Shown here in pieces: positions 38,185 through 52,081 of a stretch of 64,000 bases of DNA. Origin of the DNA: Mobula hypostoma (taxonomy: Eukaryota); NCBI RefSeq assembly GCF_963921235.1, contig NC_086097.1:4898001-4962000 (forward strand). The letters are read 5' to 3'. The stretch's first letter is position 1, and the number at the start of each line of letters is the position of its first letter. The notes below the pieces were generated by a model. The model saw nothing but the letters and a program-made list of their open reading frames with translations. It had not been told where the DNA came from and did no database searches. The position numbers and the translations under genes are program-made.

Positions 38185-39070
38185 TACCTACAGGAAAGAT
38201 GTAAATAAGGTTGAAAGAGTACAGAAAAAATTTACAAGGACGTTGCCAGGTTTGGAGGACTGAGTTTAAGGGAAGATTGAATAGGTTAGGAGTTTATTCC
38301 CAAAATGTCGAAGATTGAGAGAAGATTTGATAGAAAATTACGAGGGGTATAGATAGGATAAATGCAAGTAGGCTTTTTCCACTGTGTTTGGTTGGGACTA
38401 CAACCAAAGATCATGGGTTAAGGGTAAAAGCTGAAATGTTTAAGGGGAGCATGAGGGGGAACTTCTTCTCTCAGAGGGTGGTGAGAGTGTGGAATGAGCT
38501 GCCAGTGCAAGTGGTGCCTGTGAGCTCAATTTCAATGCTTAAGGAAGGTTGGGATGAGTACATGGATGGTAGGGATATGGAGGACTATGGTCCTGGTGCA
38601 GGTCATTGGGTGGGAGTAAGCAGCTTAAATGGTTTCAGCATTGTCTAGGTGATCTGAAGGGCCTGTTTCTGTGCTGTACTTTTATATGACAGCATAATCT
38701 GCCCGATGACTAAGTTAATTGTAGTAGCTGCCTTAGCTTAGTGTCTCGGTCTCTCGGACAGTACTGCATACCACACACGAGGCTGCTTAACAAGGTAAGA
38801 GCCCATGGTATTACAGGAAAGGTACTAGCATGCATAGAAGATTGGCTGATTGGCAGGAGGCAAAAAATGTGAATAAAGGTGCCCTCTTCTGGCTGGTTGT
38901 GGGTGACTAGTAGTGTTCCGCAGTGGTCGGTGTTGGGACCGCTTCTTTTTACATTACATGTTGATGATTTGGACGACAGGATTGATGGCTTTGTGGCCAA
39001 GTTTGCTGACTTTACGAAGATACTGTAGGTAGGGGGGCAGGTAGTGTTGAGGAAGCAGGGAGTATGCAGA
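38185..39070 (+). mobile_element. Two degenerate CR1 fragments (~38185-38690, ~38765-39070)
   Basis: NFFSQRVVRVWNELP; gtgactagtagtgttccgcag RT segment. Confidence 0.8.
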
Positions 39071-39559
39071 AGGGTACCCTGGATGTGCCCCTATCAAATG
39101 GCCCAATTTACATCACAGTTCAGCAGGAAGCACAAATAACTTGCCACTAGCAAGAAATTGTACAATATTGTCAGTAAATGGCTTTCCAAAAAAGTTAGCC
39201 AATAAATTTAAAAATAATCTCACTTTAAATCTTTTAATATGCATAATTGTAACAGAGGGTGGTATTGTAAATCACTCTTTTGGTGAGCCTCATTTTAATC
39301 TCTTTATATATCAATCTTTTGTCCATGTCTCAAAGAAATGCTCACTGTTTAAATGGTAATTATGGTAAGTAACAAATGATTTTGAAATGATTAGATGATC
39401 CTGATTTGTGTTAACTTAAAAACTCTACGTGCTGTTCAGATTTATCCAGTAGAGGGCAAGAGATCCCAATTTTTAGTATGGTCATTCAGAAAATCACATC
39501 AAGATCTTTTTACATTTACACAGTCCTGCCAAAAACGACCACCTCTTACTCAAAGTCAC

Positions 39560-40330
39560 TGTCCAAGGAGCTGATTATTGACTTCAGGAGGAGGAAACCG
39601 GAGGTCCATGAGCCAGTCCGCATTGGGGGGATCAGAGGTGGACAGGGTCAGTAATTTTAAATTCCTCGGTGCTATTATTTCTGAGGACCTGTCTTGGGTC
39701 CAGCACATAAGTGCTTACTTGGGCCTAATCTCCCAGTGGAACATAGGTCATTGATGATTTCCCATCACCGTTGTCCTAAGTCAATGGTATGGTTGGAGTT
39801 CATCAATGTTTCTGTAATCCATTGTACCCACTGTACAGGGATTTGGTCTATACAGCTTCACCAGAGCCCTCTCGGTTGGCCTTACCCATTTTCACCACTC
39901 ACGATGGGGACGTTGGGTTACAAACTTGCCCTTGGATGGAAAATCCTACAAAAAGTAGTGGATGCGGCCCAGTCCATCATGGATAAAACACTGCCCATGA
40001 CTGAACACATCTACCCGAAGCCTTTTTTCAGGAAAGCAACATCCATCATCAGGGACCCCCCACTCAGGACATGCTCTCTTCTCACTGTTGCCTTTATAGA
40101 GAAGGTACAGAAGTCTCAGGACTCACACCAGCAGGTTCTGAAACAGTTATCAGCCCTCAACCATCAGATTCTTGAACCAGAGGAGTTAACTCCATTTAAC
40201 TTCACTCACCCCATCACTGAACTGTTTCCAAAACCTATGGAGTCACTTTCAAGGACTCTATATTTCATGTTCTGGATATTTATTCTTATTAATTAAATCA
40301 TTCATTCATTATTGTTATTATTATTATTTA
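39560..40330 (+). mobile_element. Degenerate Rex1/Babar-like 3' fragment
   Basis: KELIIDFRR and LQKVVDAAQSI..RKATSIIRDP motifs. Confidence 0.65.
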
Positions 40331-40369
40331 TTTATTTTTTCATTTGCCCAGTTTATTGTCTTTTATTGT

Positions 40370-42365
40370 CATAAGGCTTGGGATCAGTGGAACCTTGGCT
40401 GTTTGGATAAAAAATTGGCTTACAGGAAGAAAGCAGAGGGTAGTAGTGGAAGGAAAGTATTCTGCTTGGAGGTCAGTGACTAGTGGAGTGCTGCAAGGAT
40501 CTGTTCTGGGACCCCTGCTCTTTGTGATTTTTATAAATGACCTGGATGAAGAGGTGGGTGAGTAAGTTTGCGGATGACATGAATACTGGAGGAGTTGTGG
40601 ATGGAGCTGTAGGTTGTTGAAGGTTACAAGAGGATATAGACAGGATGCAGAGTTGGGCAGAAAAGTGGCAGATGGAGCTCAATCCAGATAAGTGTGAGGT
40701 GATGCATTTTGGAAGGACAAATCAGAAGGCTGAGTACAGGGTTAATGGTCAGTTACTTAAGAGTGTGGATGAACAGAGGGACCTTGGGGTTCAAATCCAT
40801 ACATCCCTCAAGGTCACTGCACAGGTTGATAGGATAGTTAAGAGGGCTTATGGGATGTTAGGCTTCATTAATAAGAGGAATAGATAGAGTGGATAGCCAG
40901 CGCCTCTTCCCCAGGGCACCACTGCTCAATACAAGAGGGCATGGCTTTAAGGTAAGGGGAGGGAAGTTCAAGGGGGATAGTAGAGGAAGGTTTTTTACTC
41001 AGAGAGCGGTTGATGCGTGGAATGCACTGCCTGAGTCAGTGGTGGAGGCAGATACACTAGTGAAGTTTAAGAGACTACTAGACAGGTATATGGAGGAATC
41101 TAAGGTGGGGGCTTATATGGGAGGCAGGGTTTGAGGGTTGGCACAACATTGTGGGCCGAAGGGCCTGTACTGTGCTGTACTATTCTATGTTTCTATATTT
41201 CTATTAATAAGGGGATTGAGTTCAAGAGTAGAGAGGTCATATTGCAACTCTACAAATCTCTGGTGAGACCACACTTAGAGTATTGTGTTCTTTTCTGGTC
41301 ACCTCATTATAGGAAGGGTGTGGAAGCTATGGAGAGGGTGCAGAGGAGATTTACCAGGATGTTGCCTGGATTGGAAAACAAGTCTTACGAGGCAAGGTTA
41401 GCAGAGCTGGGACTTTTCTCTTTGGAGCGTAGAAGGATGAGAGGGGATTTGATAGAGGTCTACAAGATTATGAGAGGCATAGATAGGGTGGATAGCCAGT
41501 ACCTGTTTCCCAGGGCATGAATAGCAAACACCAGAGGGCATATGTACAAAGTTAAGGGAGGGAAGTTTAGGGGAGACATTGTCATAGTCATAGTCATACT
41601 TTATTGATCCCGAGGGAAATTGGGTTTCGTTACAGTTGCACCAACTAAGAACTTACGATCATGGGTAAGTTTTTTACACAGAGGGTTGTGGGAGCCTGGA
41701 ATGACTTGCCAGGGATGGTGGTGGAGGCTAAAACATTAGAGGTATTTAAGAGTCTCTTGGACAGGCATGTGGATATTGGGTTATTGGGGTTATTGGGGTC
41801 CCCCTACCTTCTGTCCAAGACCTCTTTCAGAGTCGATGCCTCCAGAAGACACAGTACATCATCAAAGACCCCTCACACCCTCTCCATGAACTGTTTGTTC
41901 TTCTGCCATCAGGCAAACGTTACAGGAGCATCAAAACTAAAACCACAAGGCTACTAAACAGCTTCCTCCCACAGGCAGTCAGACTGCTAAATAGCTGCTC
42001 CACCTGACTCTGCTTTGGACACTTTTATCTTGCACTGGACACTTATAACTGATTTAACTGACATGTGGCTGTTGTGTTTTACTATTTATTGTTATGTTTA
42101 TTATTTAGTGTTGCGTTTGTTATGTTATGATTGCACTGCCCCTGAGGAACGCTGTCTCATTCTGCCCTGCAGAGCTGATGTATGGTTAGAATGAAAATAA
42201 AGTTTTTTGAATCTTTAAATCTTGAATCTTGAATGGATGAAAGAAAAATAGAGGGTTACGGGGTAGTGTTGGTTGAGTAAATTTTCTTAGGAATATGTGG
42301 GTCGGCACAACATTGAAGGTCGAAGGGCCTGTACTGTGCTGTAGTATTCTAGTGTCTAGTGTCTA
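40370..42365 (+). mobile_element. CR1 3' part carrying three nested insertions (CR1 40876-41202; Rex tail ~41581-41660 on -; Rex 3' ~41775-42233)
   Basis: Host RT resumes after each insert; ATTAATAAG duplicated at 40867-40875 and 41203-41211. Confidence 0.82.
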
Positions 42366-45300
42366 CACACTGATGGTACACCCTATTGGTGTGGTCTTTC
42401 ACTGATCCTATTATTGTTATTGGATTTATTGAGTATGCCCACAGGAAAATGAATCTCTGGGCTGTATCCGATGACACATATGTATTCGATAATAAATTTA
42501 CTTTGAACTTTGACCCAGTGTAATGCTCTTCCATGCCAGTAACGGGGATTCAATTCCCTCTGCTGTCTGCAGTGAGTCTGTATATCCTTACTGTAATTGT
42601 GTGTGTTTCCTATCGACGCTCTGATCTGTTCACACATTCCAACACTGTTCAGTTAGCGTTAGTACCGTGTGGATATATTACGTTAGCACAGGCATCAATG
42701 TAACACTTGCTGGCAGCCTGCAGCACGTCCTCGGACTGTGTCTGTTAACTCAAATAGCACATTTTACTGTACGTACATATGACATAAAGTTAATCTTTTA
42801 AATCATGGCAAATAAAGATCACCTTTTAAACCTTGTCTTTAAAAATGAGAATAAAAACAGAGAATAACTGTAAACAGTCAGAGGGTTGGAAGAAAAGAAA
42901 ATCAAAATTTTTTGTCAAAGGCCATTTCAGATCTCTGACAAAGTATTCTTGATCTGAAATATTAAATCTGTTTCTCTTTCCACAAATTCTAACTGATTTG
43001 CACTACTGACTGTTTCTAGAATTTTCTGTTTTCACTTGATTCTTGCTGAAATCTCATTTTTACATGTGATTTTCACGTTCTTACAGATATATTGCAGAAG
43101 CCATTACTGGTCAGGCATTCAGCCGCAGACTTGTTCTAAACATTTAGTTTTCGTTCATTAAAATAGATAGAACGAATCTGAGACGCACCTGTGACCTACT
43201 TCACAGTGAATCCTGAGAACAACAAAGGCCCAAAGTGGCTTTCCCACATCAGGCAGAAGCCTCTAATTCCACAGAGGGGATGGAGAATTTTTATTTCATT
43301 TAATTCCTGACTGACCACTCTACCTGCAGTGTCCAAACATTCTTCTTTTGTTAAGTGTTTGGGCAGATTTGTTGATATTTTTATTCAGTGATAACAGCAC
43401 AGAACAGGTGCTTCCTGCCCACTGCACTGTGCCAGTCAGCAGCCCTCCGATTCAACACTAGCCTAATCACAGGACAATTTTCAATGGCTGATTAACCTAC
43501 AGAAGTGGTCTGTCTTTGGACTGGGGAGGAAAGCACAGTGCGTGAAGGAAACCCACGTGCTCACAGGAAGAATGAACACATTTTCTCACGGGAATTGAAC
43601 TCCGAACTCCACCAACCCCAATCTGTAAAAATACTAACTTTAAAGAGAGACTGTAAAGTCCCACATGCAGAAAACATTATCCAAGTCTTTCTTCTTTCTT
43701 TCCCCCTAATAAAAAATACAATGTTCGTTGGTAGTGGGCAGCACTGTAAAAGGTTGAGTAATTTGATGTTGAATGGTGTTAAACAGACTGAGCTGTATGT
43801 GGAATGCCTGCCTGCAGTGACTAATATGAGTTCTGGTTTAAGAAGGCATTAAAGCTATGTGTGTAAAATAGTCTTCAGCTGTTACCTTGCCAAGAGAATG
43901 AGATGAATATTGCTTACTGCTGTTAATCCACCCATCGAGTGCACGTTCCAGATGCCGATGTTACTGGCTGGGTCCGTGCCTTTCTGTTGCTAGTTTTGTG
44001 AAATGGAAGCTTGCTTTCAGCCTCCCACTACTCCCATTTGCACATTTGTTGGTGATGAAATACATTACACAGAGCTAGGCTTGCATAAATATCTTTTTAA
44101 TTTCTGCAGAGCCTCATCCTTAATGAGCTGTTCCTGCCTGAGTGCAATCTGCAGCCCCAGCGGAGAGTCATTCTGAGGGAGTGCTGCTCATTGGTGGTGC
44201 TGAGAGAGACCTCTACGGTTCTCTCAGGACAGAAAAAAAATCCTCAGGATCAGAAGCAGGTTTAATCTCACTGCCATATGTTGTGAAATTTGTTGTTATG
44301 TGGCAGCAGTGCAATGCAAAACTTAATAATAAAACTGAATTACAGGAAGAAGTATATATATGCTTTTGTGGGATAACGGTGGGATGTTCAAGTTCATTTA
44401 TGGTTACATTTTAGCTTGGGCTATACAGTTATTCGTTTGTGAATTCACTGTGACCAGTGTGTGGTAAAATCACATTCCCTGTCTGTGTGTGACTGAGGGG
44501 CTTCTCTCCATGGGTTACAGGGCCCGGTCTGCTCTTGTGCTTGTCACAATAAAAACTGATATTTGAGATAAACGAGCTGTTCTCGCCTGTGATCCATGGA
44601 CCAAATGTATCAGAGTGGGATAAGAAATTAATGGCAAGATTGAAGAGCAATGACATTGGATGGAGAGCTTTAAGAACCAGGGAATAAGTGAGGGACTGAA
44701 TAGTATGCCTCTCCTGCATCCCTAGGTCGGGATCCTGACCCAGAGGGAGGAACCGGGAACCAAGCATCGTGCCTTCCCAGGGATCCCTGATGGGACGAGT
44801 GTACCCAGGACCCCCAAGCTGGGGGACACGGCGGTGTACATCACCAAACTCCCTCATTGCCCTCACCACCACACTGTAGCCATGGGTGGACAGGGAATAA
44901 GGCAGGCACCAGCAGTGCCGCTGGAGCAAGACTAATGGGCCTCAATAATTCACACCGCAAAGCCTGCCCTGAAGCTCCCCAGATGCCAGCCGCCTGGAGC
45001 CTTACCTGGTACATGCCAAACTTACCGCATGGCACAACGGGTGGAGCCTTACAGAGATGGCGGTGCACCTCCTCCTGGCGCTGGAGGGGGACGACCTGCA
45101 GGTCCTCCTCAACCTCACGCTGGCTGAGCAGTGCAAATGCAGGGCCCTGGTGGTGGGGCTGGAGCGGTGCTTCGAGCAGAGGCCATTGGAGAAAGCAATG
45201 AGGGAAGAACTAGACAGCAGGCAGCACCATGTGGGAGAAAGCCTGGGGTGTTCACAGCAGATCTCTGCCACTCTGCTTGTCAGTTCCCTCCTGTGGCCCA

Positions 45301-45762
45301 GGAAGTGTTTGCCCTCCACACCTTTGTAAAGACGCTGATACCGGAGCGTCTTTGGCAGCGTGTTTGCCTGACGTCACCATCATTGCTCGTCGGGACACCG
45401 GCAGAGGTGGAAAGGCAAAATCAATATGCTCTAGGGTCACCCCACAAGCTGCAAGCCCGGGCTTGTGTCACAGAGGGGGAGGAAGAAACTGACGAGGAGG
45501 AGCCCGTGAGACTGGTCCGACCAGCACCGCGCCGGCCCTGCCTCGTGCCACAGAGCAGTATCTACTACCGGTGTGGTGAAGCAGTCCACGTGGCCCAGAA
45601 GAGTTCCACCACACCAGCACCACATGACAGCCCAGCGCAGCCATCAGGAAACACCGAGCTGACAGCACCACCTGAGACTGCCAGCAGAATCCTCTCACTG
45701 TCCCTCTCCGGGTGGCTTGTTTGGGTGAAGAGCAAGGCTTATATGTGGACTGCGTAGTGAAG

Positions 45763-47495
45763 CATAGAAACATAGAAAACCTGCAGCACAATACAGGCCC
45801 TTCGGCCCACAAAGCTGTGCTGAACATGACCTTACCCTAGAACTACCTAGGCTTACCCGTAGCCCTCTATTTGACGAAGTTCCATGTACCTATCCAGGAG
45901 TCTCTTAAAAGACCCTATCATTCCTGCCTCCACCACTGCTGCCGGTAGCCCATTCCACACTCTCACCACTCTCTGCATAAAAAACTTACCCCTGACATCT
46001 CCTCTGTACCTCCTTCCAAGCACCTTAAAACTATGCCTCTCGTGCTAGCTATTTCAGCCCTGGGAAAAAGCCTCTGACTATCCACACGATCAATGCCTCT
46101 CATTATCTTGTACACCTCTATCAGGTCACCTCTCATCCTCCGTCACTCCAAGGAGAAAAGGCTGAGTTCACTCAACCTGTTCTCATAAGATATACTTCCC
46201 AATTCAGGCAACATTCTTGTAAATCTCCTCTGCACCCTTTCTATGGTTTCCACATCCTTCCTGTAGTGAAGTGACCAGAACTGAGCACAATACTCCAAGT
46301 GGAGTCTGACCAGGGTCCTATAGAGCTGCAACATTACCTCTTGCCGCTTAAACTCAATCCCCGGTTGATGAAGGCCAATGCACCGTATACCTTCTTAACC
46401 ACAGAGTCAACCTGCACAGCTGCTTTGAGTGTCCTATGGATTCAGACTCCAAGATCTCTCTGATCCTCCACACTGCCAAGAGTCTTACCATTAATACTAT
46501 AGTCTGCCTCAGCCACGCATTTATCCTCCACCTCATTCTATTCCTATACTCACTATCACGTGGCACAGGCAGTAATCCCGAGGTTACTACTTTTGAGGTC
46601 CTGCTTCTCAACTTCCTTCCTAACTCCCTGTAGTCTGTTTTCAGGACCTCCTCCCTTTTCCTACCTATGTCATTAGTACCAATATGTACCACGACCTCTG
46701 GCCGTTCTCCTTCCCACTTCGAGATATTGTGGACATGATCAGAAATATCCCGGACCCTGGCACCTGGGAGGCAAACTACCATCAGTGTTTCTTTCCTGCG
46801 TCCACAGAATTACCTGTCTGACCCCCTAACTATCGAGTCCCCTATCACTATTGCCATCCTCTTCCTTTCCCTACCCTTCTGAGCCACAGGGCCAGACTCT
46901 GTGCCAGAGGAATGGCCACTGTTGCTTCCCCCAGGTAGGACATTTCTGCCCCCCCCCCAACAGTACTCAAACAGGAGTACTTATTGTTAAGGGGTACAGC
47001 CACAGGGATACTCTCTAGTATTTGCCTCTTGCCCTTCCCTCTCCTGACTGTTACCCACTTCTCTGTCTCCCGTGGCCCCGGAGTGACTAACTGTCCATAG
47101 CTCCTCTCTATCACCTCCTCACTCTCCCTGACCAGACAAAGGTGATCAAGCTGCATCTCCAGTTCCCTAACACGGTCCCCAAGGAGCTGCAGCTTGATGT
47201 ACCTGGTGCAGATGTGGCCGTCCAGGAGGCTGGGAGTCTCCCGGACCTCCCACATCTGACACTGAACACAGAAAACCGGTCTCACACACACACATACTTT
47301 CTGTCTGTATTCTACACAGATAACCTACCCTGCCTCGACCTGTTATCGCTGAATCCCCATTGAGCCAAAGCCTTCCTACTCTGTCTCCCTCTATTCCGAT
47401 GCCCGCTGTATAAACCTGTTTTCTTTTTAAACTCTTTTCGCTGTTCTCACTGGCTGATGCCCACGCGCTTGCGCAGTCGTGCTCCGTTCAAACTA
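45763..47495 (-). mobile_element. Internally deleted/chimeric CR1: 5' region and ORF1 joined at ~46500 to an RT end and 3' tail
   Basis: ORF1 motifs (CVQC..CTRY, HIGTND) at 46500-47291; LQLYRTLVRLHLEYC at 46143-46334; tail at ~45763. Confidence 0.88.
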
Positions 47496-48954
47496 CTGGA
47501 GGGCATCAGATGCCGTGGGTTGGTGGGCACAGGGTCAACAATAACTAACATCCGTCCTGGTGTTCTCCCTGTCGCGGAGTGGTCATCCCCGCCTGGGTGG
47601 GCAACGATGGCAGTGCAACTGTCTGTGCGGAGATGAAAGGGAAGAGGAGGCAGTGGGGGAAGAACACAGTGGAACACAAGACGGGCCAGCCGACGTCCAG
47701 GAGCCCTGTATTATTGGGCTGGACCTACTGTCCCACTGGGGGGCCCATGTAGATGTGCTGGGGGCAACACTCTACTTTGGCACTGAAGCCTTGGCTCTCT
47801 GGTAGGGCAGCTCCAGGAAATGGACCCAGCAGCTCAGCAACACCCGCCACCAGAAGCACAGCGAGCCGCCGCAGTGCAGCACACCAACGCAAAACAGCAG
47901 GAACAGGGGCAAGCGGTGGTGCAGGTGATTCAGACGACGGCTGGCGGTAGCGAGATCAACCTCCCCACCATTGTCTAGCAGCTGCACAGTGAGCAGGCGA
48001 GCGATCCTGTGCTGTCCCGGCTGAGGGGGTGGCTGAGCGTGGGACGGCAGAGGTCTCGCCCTGGATTCAGAGACCACACACTCAGCGAGGTGCACGATAG
48101 GTTGCTGTTCCGGCGATGGCAGTTTTCTGATGAGGACAGGTATCTCCTGCAGCTGGTAGTTCCCCGGGGGCTTGGTGCTGCGGTCGGTGCACGGGCTGGT
48201 GGGGGCCACCCAGTTCGGGTTCGCAAAGACTTTGGGCAGGCTGTGCAAGTGCTTCTGTCAGCATGCGTACAGGCAGGCCTGAGCTTCTCATGCACTGCTG
48301 CAGGGCCCGTACGTCCCAGAAGGGGCCGGGTCACCAGTCTACGCACCAATGCAGTGGAGTACCCAGTGGGGACCCCAGTATGGGTCTACTGCCCCACACA
48401 GAAGAAGGGGTAATCTCCAAATCTTGGAAGCTATTGGAAGGGGCTGGGAGAGGTGCTGGATCACATCTCCGGTGGTATACAGGCCGTGGTTGCCTGAGCG
48501 GCGGAAGGCAGTGATGCTATAGCTCAGACCAGCGAGTACCATATTGGCCCTCAGTCATCACCGACCCAACAAGGCTCAAGTAAGAAAGTTACACTCCAGG
48601 TGTCCTGCCTCACCTCACCAAACAGTGCCTCCCATGGAGGTCTTTAGACACCCCACACAACGTCCCAGGTGGCAGTGTCAACCACAACCGGGACTTTTGT
48701 TGTGGACACTAGAGTTGCCAGGGACAGTTGACCTCTCAGGAGGGGCAGTGTAGCACTACAACGGGTGAGGAGGTATGGTCGACACCTCACCCCAGGTTTC
48801 CTAGTGGCCAGTGCTATCTATTGCTCCTGTTTTAAAATGCTTTTGTAGGATTATGGTGGGATGTTCAAGTTCTTTTATTCTTACATTTTAGCTTGGTTTA
48901 TACAGTTATTCACAGGTGTGTTTGTGTGTCATCATGACTGTAACCAGTGTGTGT

Positions 48955-49110
48955 GATCATCACCTCCCCCATCTGTATGTGACAGAGGGGGTTCTCTCCC
49001 CGGGTCATCACCTCCCCCCGTCTGTATGTGACCGAGGGGGTTCTCTCCCCGAGTCATCACCTCCCCCCGTCTGTAGTCTGTGACCGAGGGAGTTCTGTCC
49101 CCGGGTCATA
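48955..49110 (+). repeat. ~49-bp tandem repeat, three copies, within the 3' LTR
   Basis: tcatcacctccccc..tctgtatgtgac.gagggggttctctcccc.gg repeated. Confidence 0.85.
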
Positions 49111-49199
49111 GCGCCCGGACTGTTTTAGTGCGTGTCGTAATAATACCGACAGTTGAGATAAATGAGCTTCTCTCACCTGTCATCATGGACTGAATGCTC

Positions 49200-51320
49200 A
49201 TAGAAATCTATTCAGAAATCTGATGGCTGAGGGAAGAAGCTGTTCCTGAAAAGCTGAATGTGTGTCTTCAGGCTATTGTACCCTGCCCCCCTCATGGTAG
49301 AATGAGAAGAGGGCATGTCCTGGGTGATGGGGATCTTTAATGAAAGATGCCGGCTTTTTGAGAACCCACTCCTTGAAGGTGTCCTGGACGCTGGCGAGGT
49401 TAGTGCTCATGATGGAGCAGACTGACTCTACAACGCTCTGCAGCTTATTTCGATCCCGTGTAGTAGCCCACCACCCAACCCCCACACCAGACGGTGATGC
49501 AGCCAGATAGAATGCTCTCCACAGTACATCTAGAACATAACACAGAGCATAGACCATAGAACACAGAAATCTGCAGCACATTACAGGCCCTTCGGCCCAC
49601 AACGTGGTGCTGACCATGTAATCTACTCTAGAAACTGCCTAGAATTTCCCGATCGCATAACCCACTATTTTCCTAAATTCCAAGTACCTATCTAAGTATC
49701 TCCTAAAAGACACTATTGTATCCACTTCCATATACACTACATCCACTACTTCCACTGATAATCCCTAATCAGATTATGCCTCTCAAAATGCCTTGTCTCT
49801 CAGGATCTTCTCCAACAACTTGCCCACCACTGAAGTCAGACTCACGAGTCTATAATTTCCTGGGTTACCTCCACTCCCTTTCTTAAACAAGGGAACAACA
49901 TTTGCAACCTCCAATCCTCCGGTACTTCTCCCATCCCTGTCGATGACGCAAAGATCATCACCGGAGGCTCAGCAATCTCCTCTCTCACTTCCCACTGTAG
50001 CCTGGGATACATCTCATCCGGACCTGGTGACTTATTTAACTTACTGTTTATCAAAACCTCCAGCACATCCTCTTTCTTAATGTGTATATGCTCAAGCACT
50101 TCAGTTGTTGCAAGTCATCCCCACAATTGCCAATGTCGTTTTCACTGGTGGATACTGAAGTTAAGTATTCATTGAGTTCCTCCGCTACCTCCTCCGACTC
50201 CATGCACACGTTTTAACTATTGCAACTGATTGGCCCTATTCTCACACAGCTCATCCTCTTGCTCTTCACATACTTGTAGAATGCCTTGGGGTTTCCTTAA
50301 TCCTGCTTGCCATGGCCTTCTCATGGCCCCTTCTAGCTCTCCTAATTTTATTCTTATGCTCCTTCCTGGCAACCTTGTAATTTTCTAGAGCTCTCACAGT
50401 ACCTTGTTTCTTGAACCTTTTGGAAGCTTTTCTTTTCTTCTTAACTAGATTTTCTATACCCTTTGTACACCATGGTTCTTTTACCCTACCATCCTTTCCC
50501 TGCCTCAATGGGACATACCAATGTAGGACACGATGTAAATGTTCCCTGAACATTTGCCATATTTTTGCCATGCATTTCCTTGAGAACAATAGCTGCTGGC
50601 GTGCCTTCTTTGTAACTGCTTCAATGTGTTGGGCCCAGGATGATCCTCAGAAATGTTGACACTGACGAACATGAAATTGCTCACTCCTTCCACTTCTGAT
50701 CCCTCTATGAGGACTGGTGTGTGTTCTGTCATCTTACTCTTCCTGAAGTCCACAGTCAACTCTTTGGTCTTACTGACATTGAGTGCAAGGTTGTTGCTCT
50801 AACACCACTCATCGAGCTGATATATCTCACTCCTGTACGCCCTCTTGTCACCATCTGAAATTCACCTGCATAATTTAGAAGAATTGCCTTCTTCCAACTG
50901 AGTATTATCTTCAGAAATCAAAGCTAAAGTTGTTTTTCTAGTAATTGTCACATTGCTTGGAGAGCACTTACTTTGCACAAGCTCTCAAGTTTATTCCCAT
51001 CTGACTCTACATCTATAAAACCAAATGAAACCACATTCCTCTGGGCCACTGTACACCCACAAAACAAATATATCATACATAGCACATAAAACAAAATATT
51101 ACCATAAAGAAGTTAATAAGATATAATGCAAGGTCCGTGTAGTGCTCAGCACAGGTAAACAGCTTGCTGTCCAAGTGATGAGACCTCAGTGGTGGTAGGA
51201 TATTCATTCGTTTCACAGCCTGACGGAAGAAGCTGTTACACAGCTTGGCAGTCCTAGTCCTGATGTTCCTGTACCTCCTTACAGATGGCAATGGGACAAA
51301 GAGATTGAGGGATGGGTGTA
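49200..51320 (-). mobile_element. Cluster of minus-strand LINE fragments: Rex-like (~49200-49540, ~50585-50860, ~51000-51320) and CR1 (~49555-49730, ~49790-50585)
   Basis: IKDPHHPGHALF; KSPGPDEMYPRL; VKEPWCTK; SFFRQAVK. Confidence 0.78.
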
Positions 51321-52045
51321 ATATCTTATATTACAATGATATTTCATTCACTGTGAAGTGTTTTGCCTGACAAATCCTGGCTTATGAAAAGTTCTACAGG
51401 AGCATAAAGCTCTCTTGCTAAGTCTTATATAATAGCATTCCCAATCAATCCCTCCTGTTCAAAATGGTATGAGTTTATCAGAGATTTTTAACATTTAAAT
51501 TCAGTTTTCTTTTCTTCCTCTTTTGAGCTAATCTTTCCTTTTGCATTTTTCTTTCCATGTGAAATCTCACTCTAATCTGGCTTTAACTCATCCTATTTCC
51601 TTTTTTTGTGTTTCACTCTTCCTTTCTGAAAACCCTGAATTTCAGCAGCTAAGTATAACGTTGACCCTGTTATTCTGCAAGTATCCAGGTGGCCTCTCTA
51701 TTGTAGCCTGGAGAAAAGCAGACACTCAGGACAACCAATACTTTTTTGGGTTTTAATCCCTTTATCTGTTTTAGATGTTTAAGTGCCAGAAGAGGGTCGC
51801 GAAACAAAACAAACAAATTTACAACCAGTTCTTGCCCTTACAATCTCAGTTTAGCTTTCGATCCACACCCTTGTGTATGGACAGAATTGCATATACAGTA
51901 TAAAAATACCAGAACTAATACGGTACTAATACAGTAGTGGCAATCCTGAAGAAACACAATACAAACAATATTAGAATTCCACCCAACACTCATCAAAGTT
52001 GCTGGTGAACGCAGCAGGCCAGGCAGCATCTCTAGGAAGAGGTAC

Positions 52046-52081
52046 AGTCGACGTTTCAGGCCGAGACCTTTCGTCAGGATT
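52046..52081 (-). ncRNA. Hammerhead motif, left arm
   Basis: Minus strand AATC-CTGACGA-AAGGTCTCGGCCT-GAAAC-GTC-GACT; core intact, stem mismatches. Confidence 0.6.

Larger units (their letters stand above)
44361..49198 (+). mobile_element. Old, internally deleted Gypsy LTR element split by a CR1
   Basis: Diverged direct repeats ~44361-44610 and ~48838-49198; purine tract then TG at 48749; degenerate knuckle YRCGEAVHVA; protease YVDCVV|EGIRCRGLVGTG across the CR1; integrase C-terminal VWVYCP. Confidence 0.75.

Noticed and set aside
43880..44265. Possible exons in unique sequence (also 55342-55424 on -)
   Set aside because: Short open frames with weak or unpaired splice signals and unrecognisable peptides
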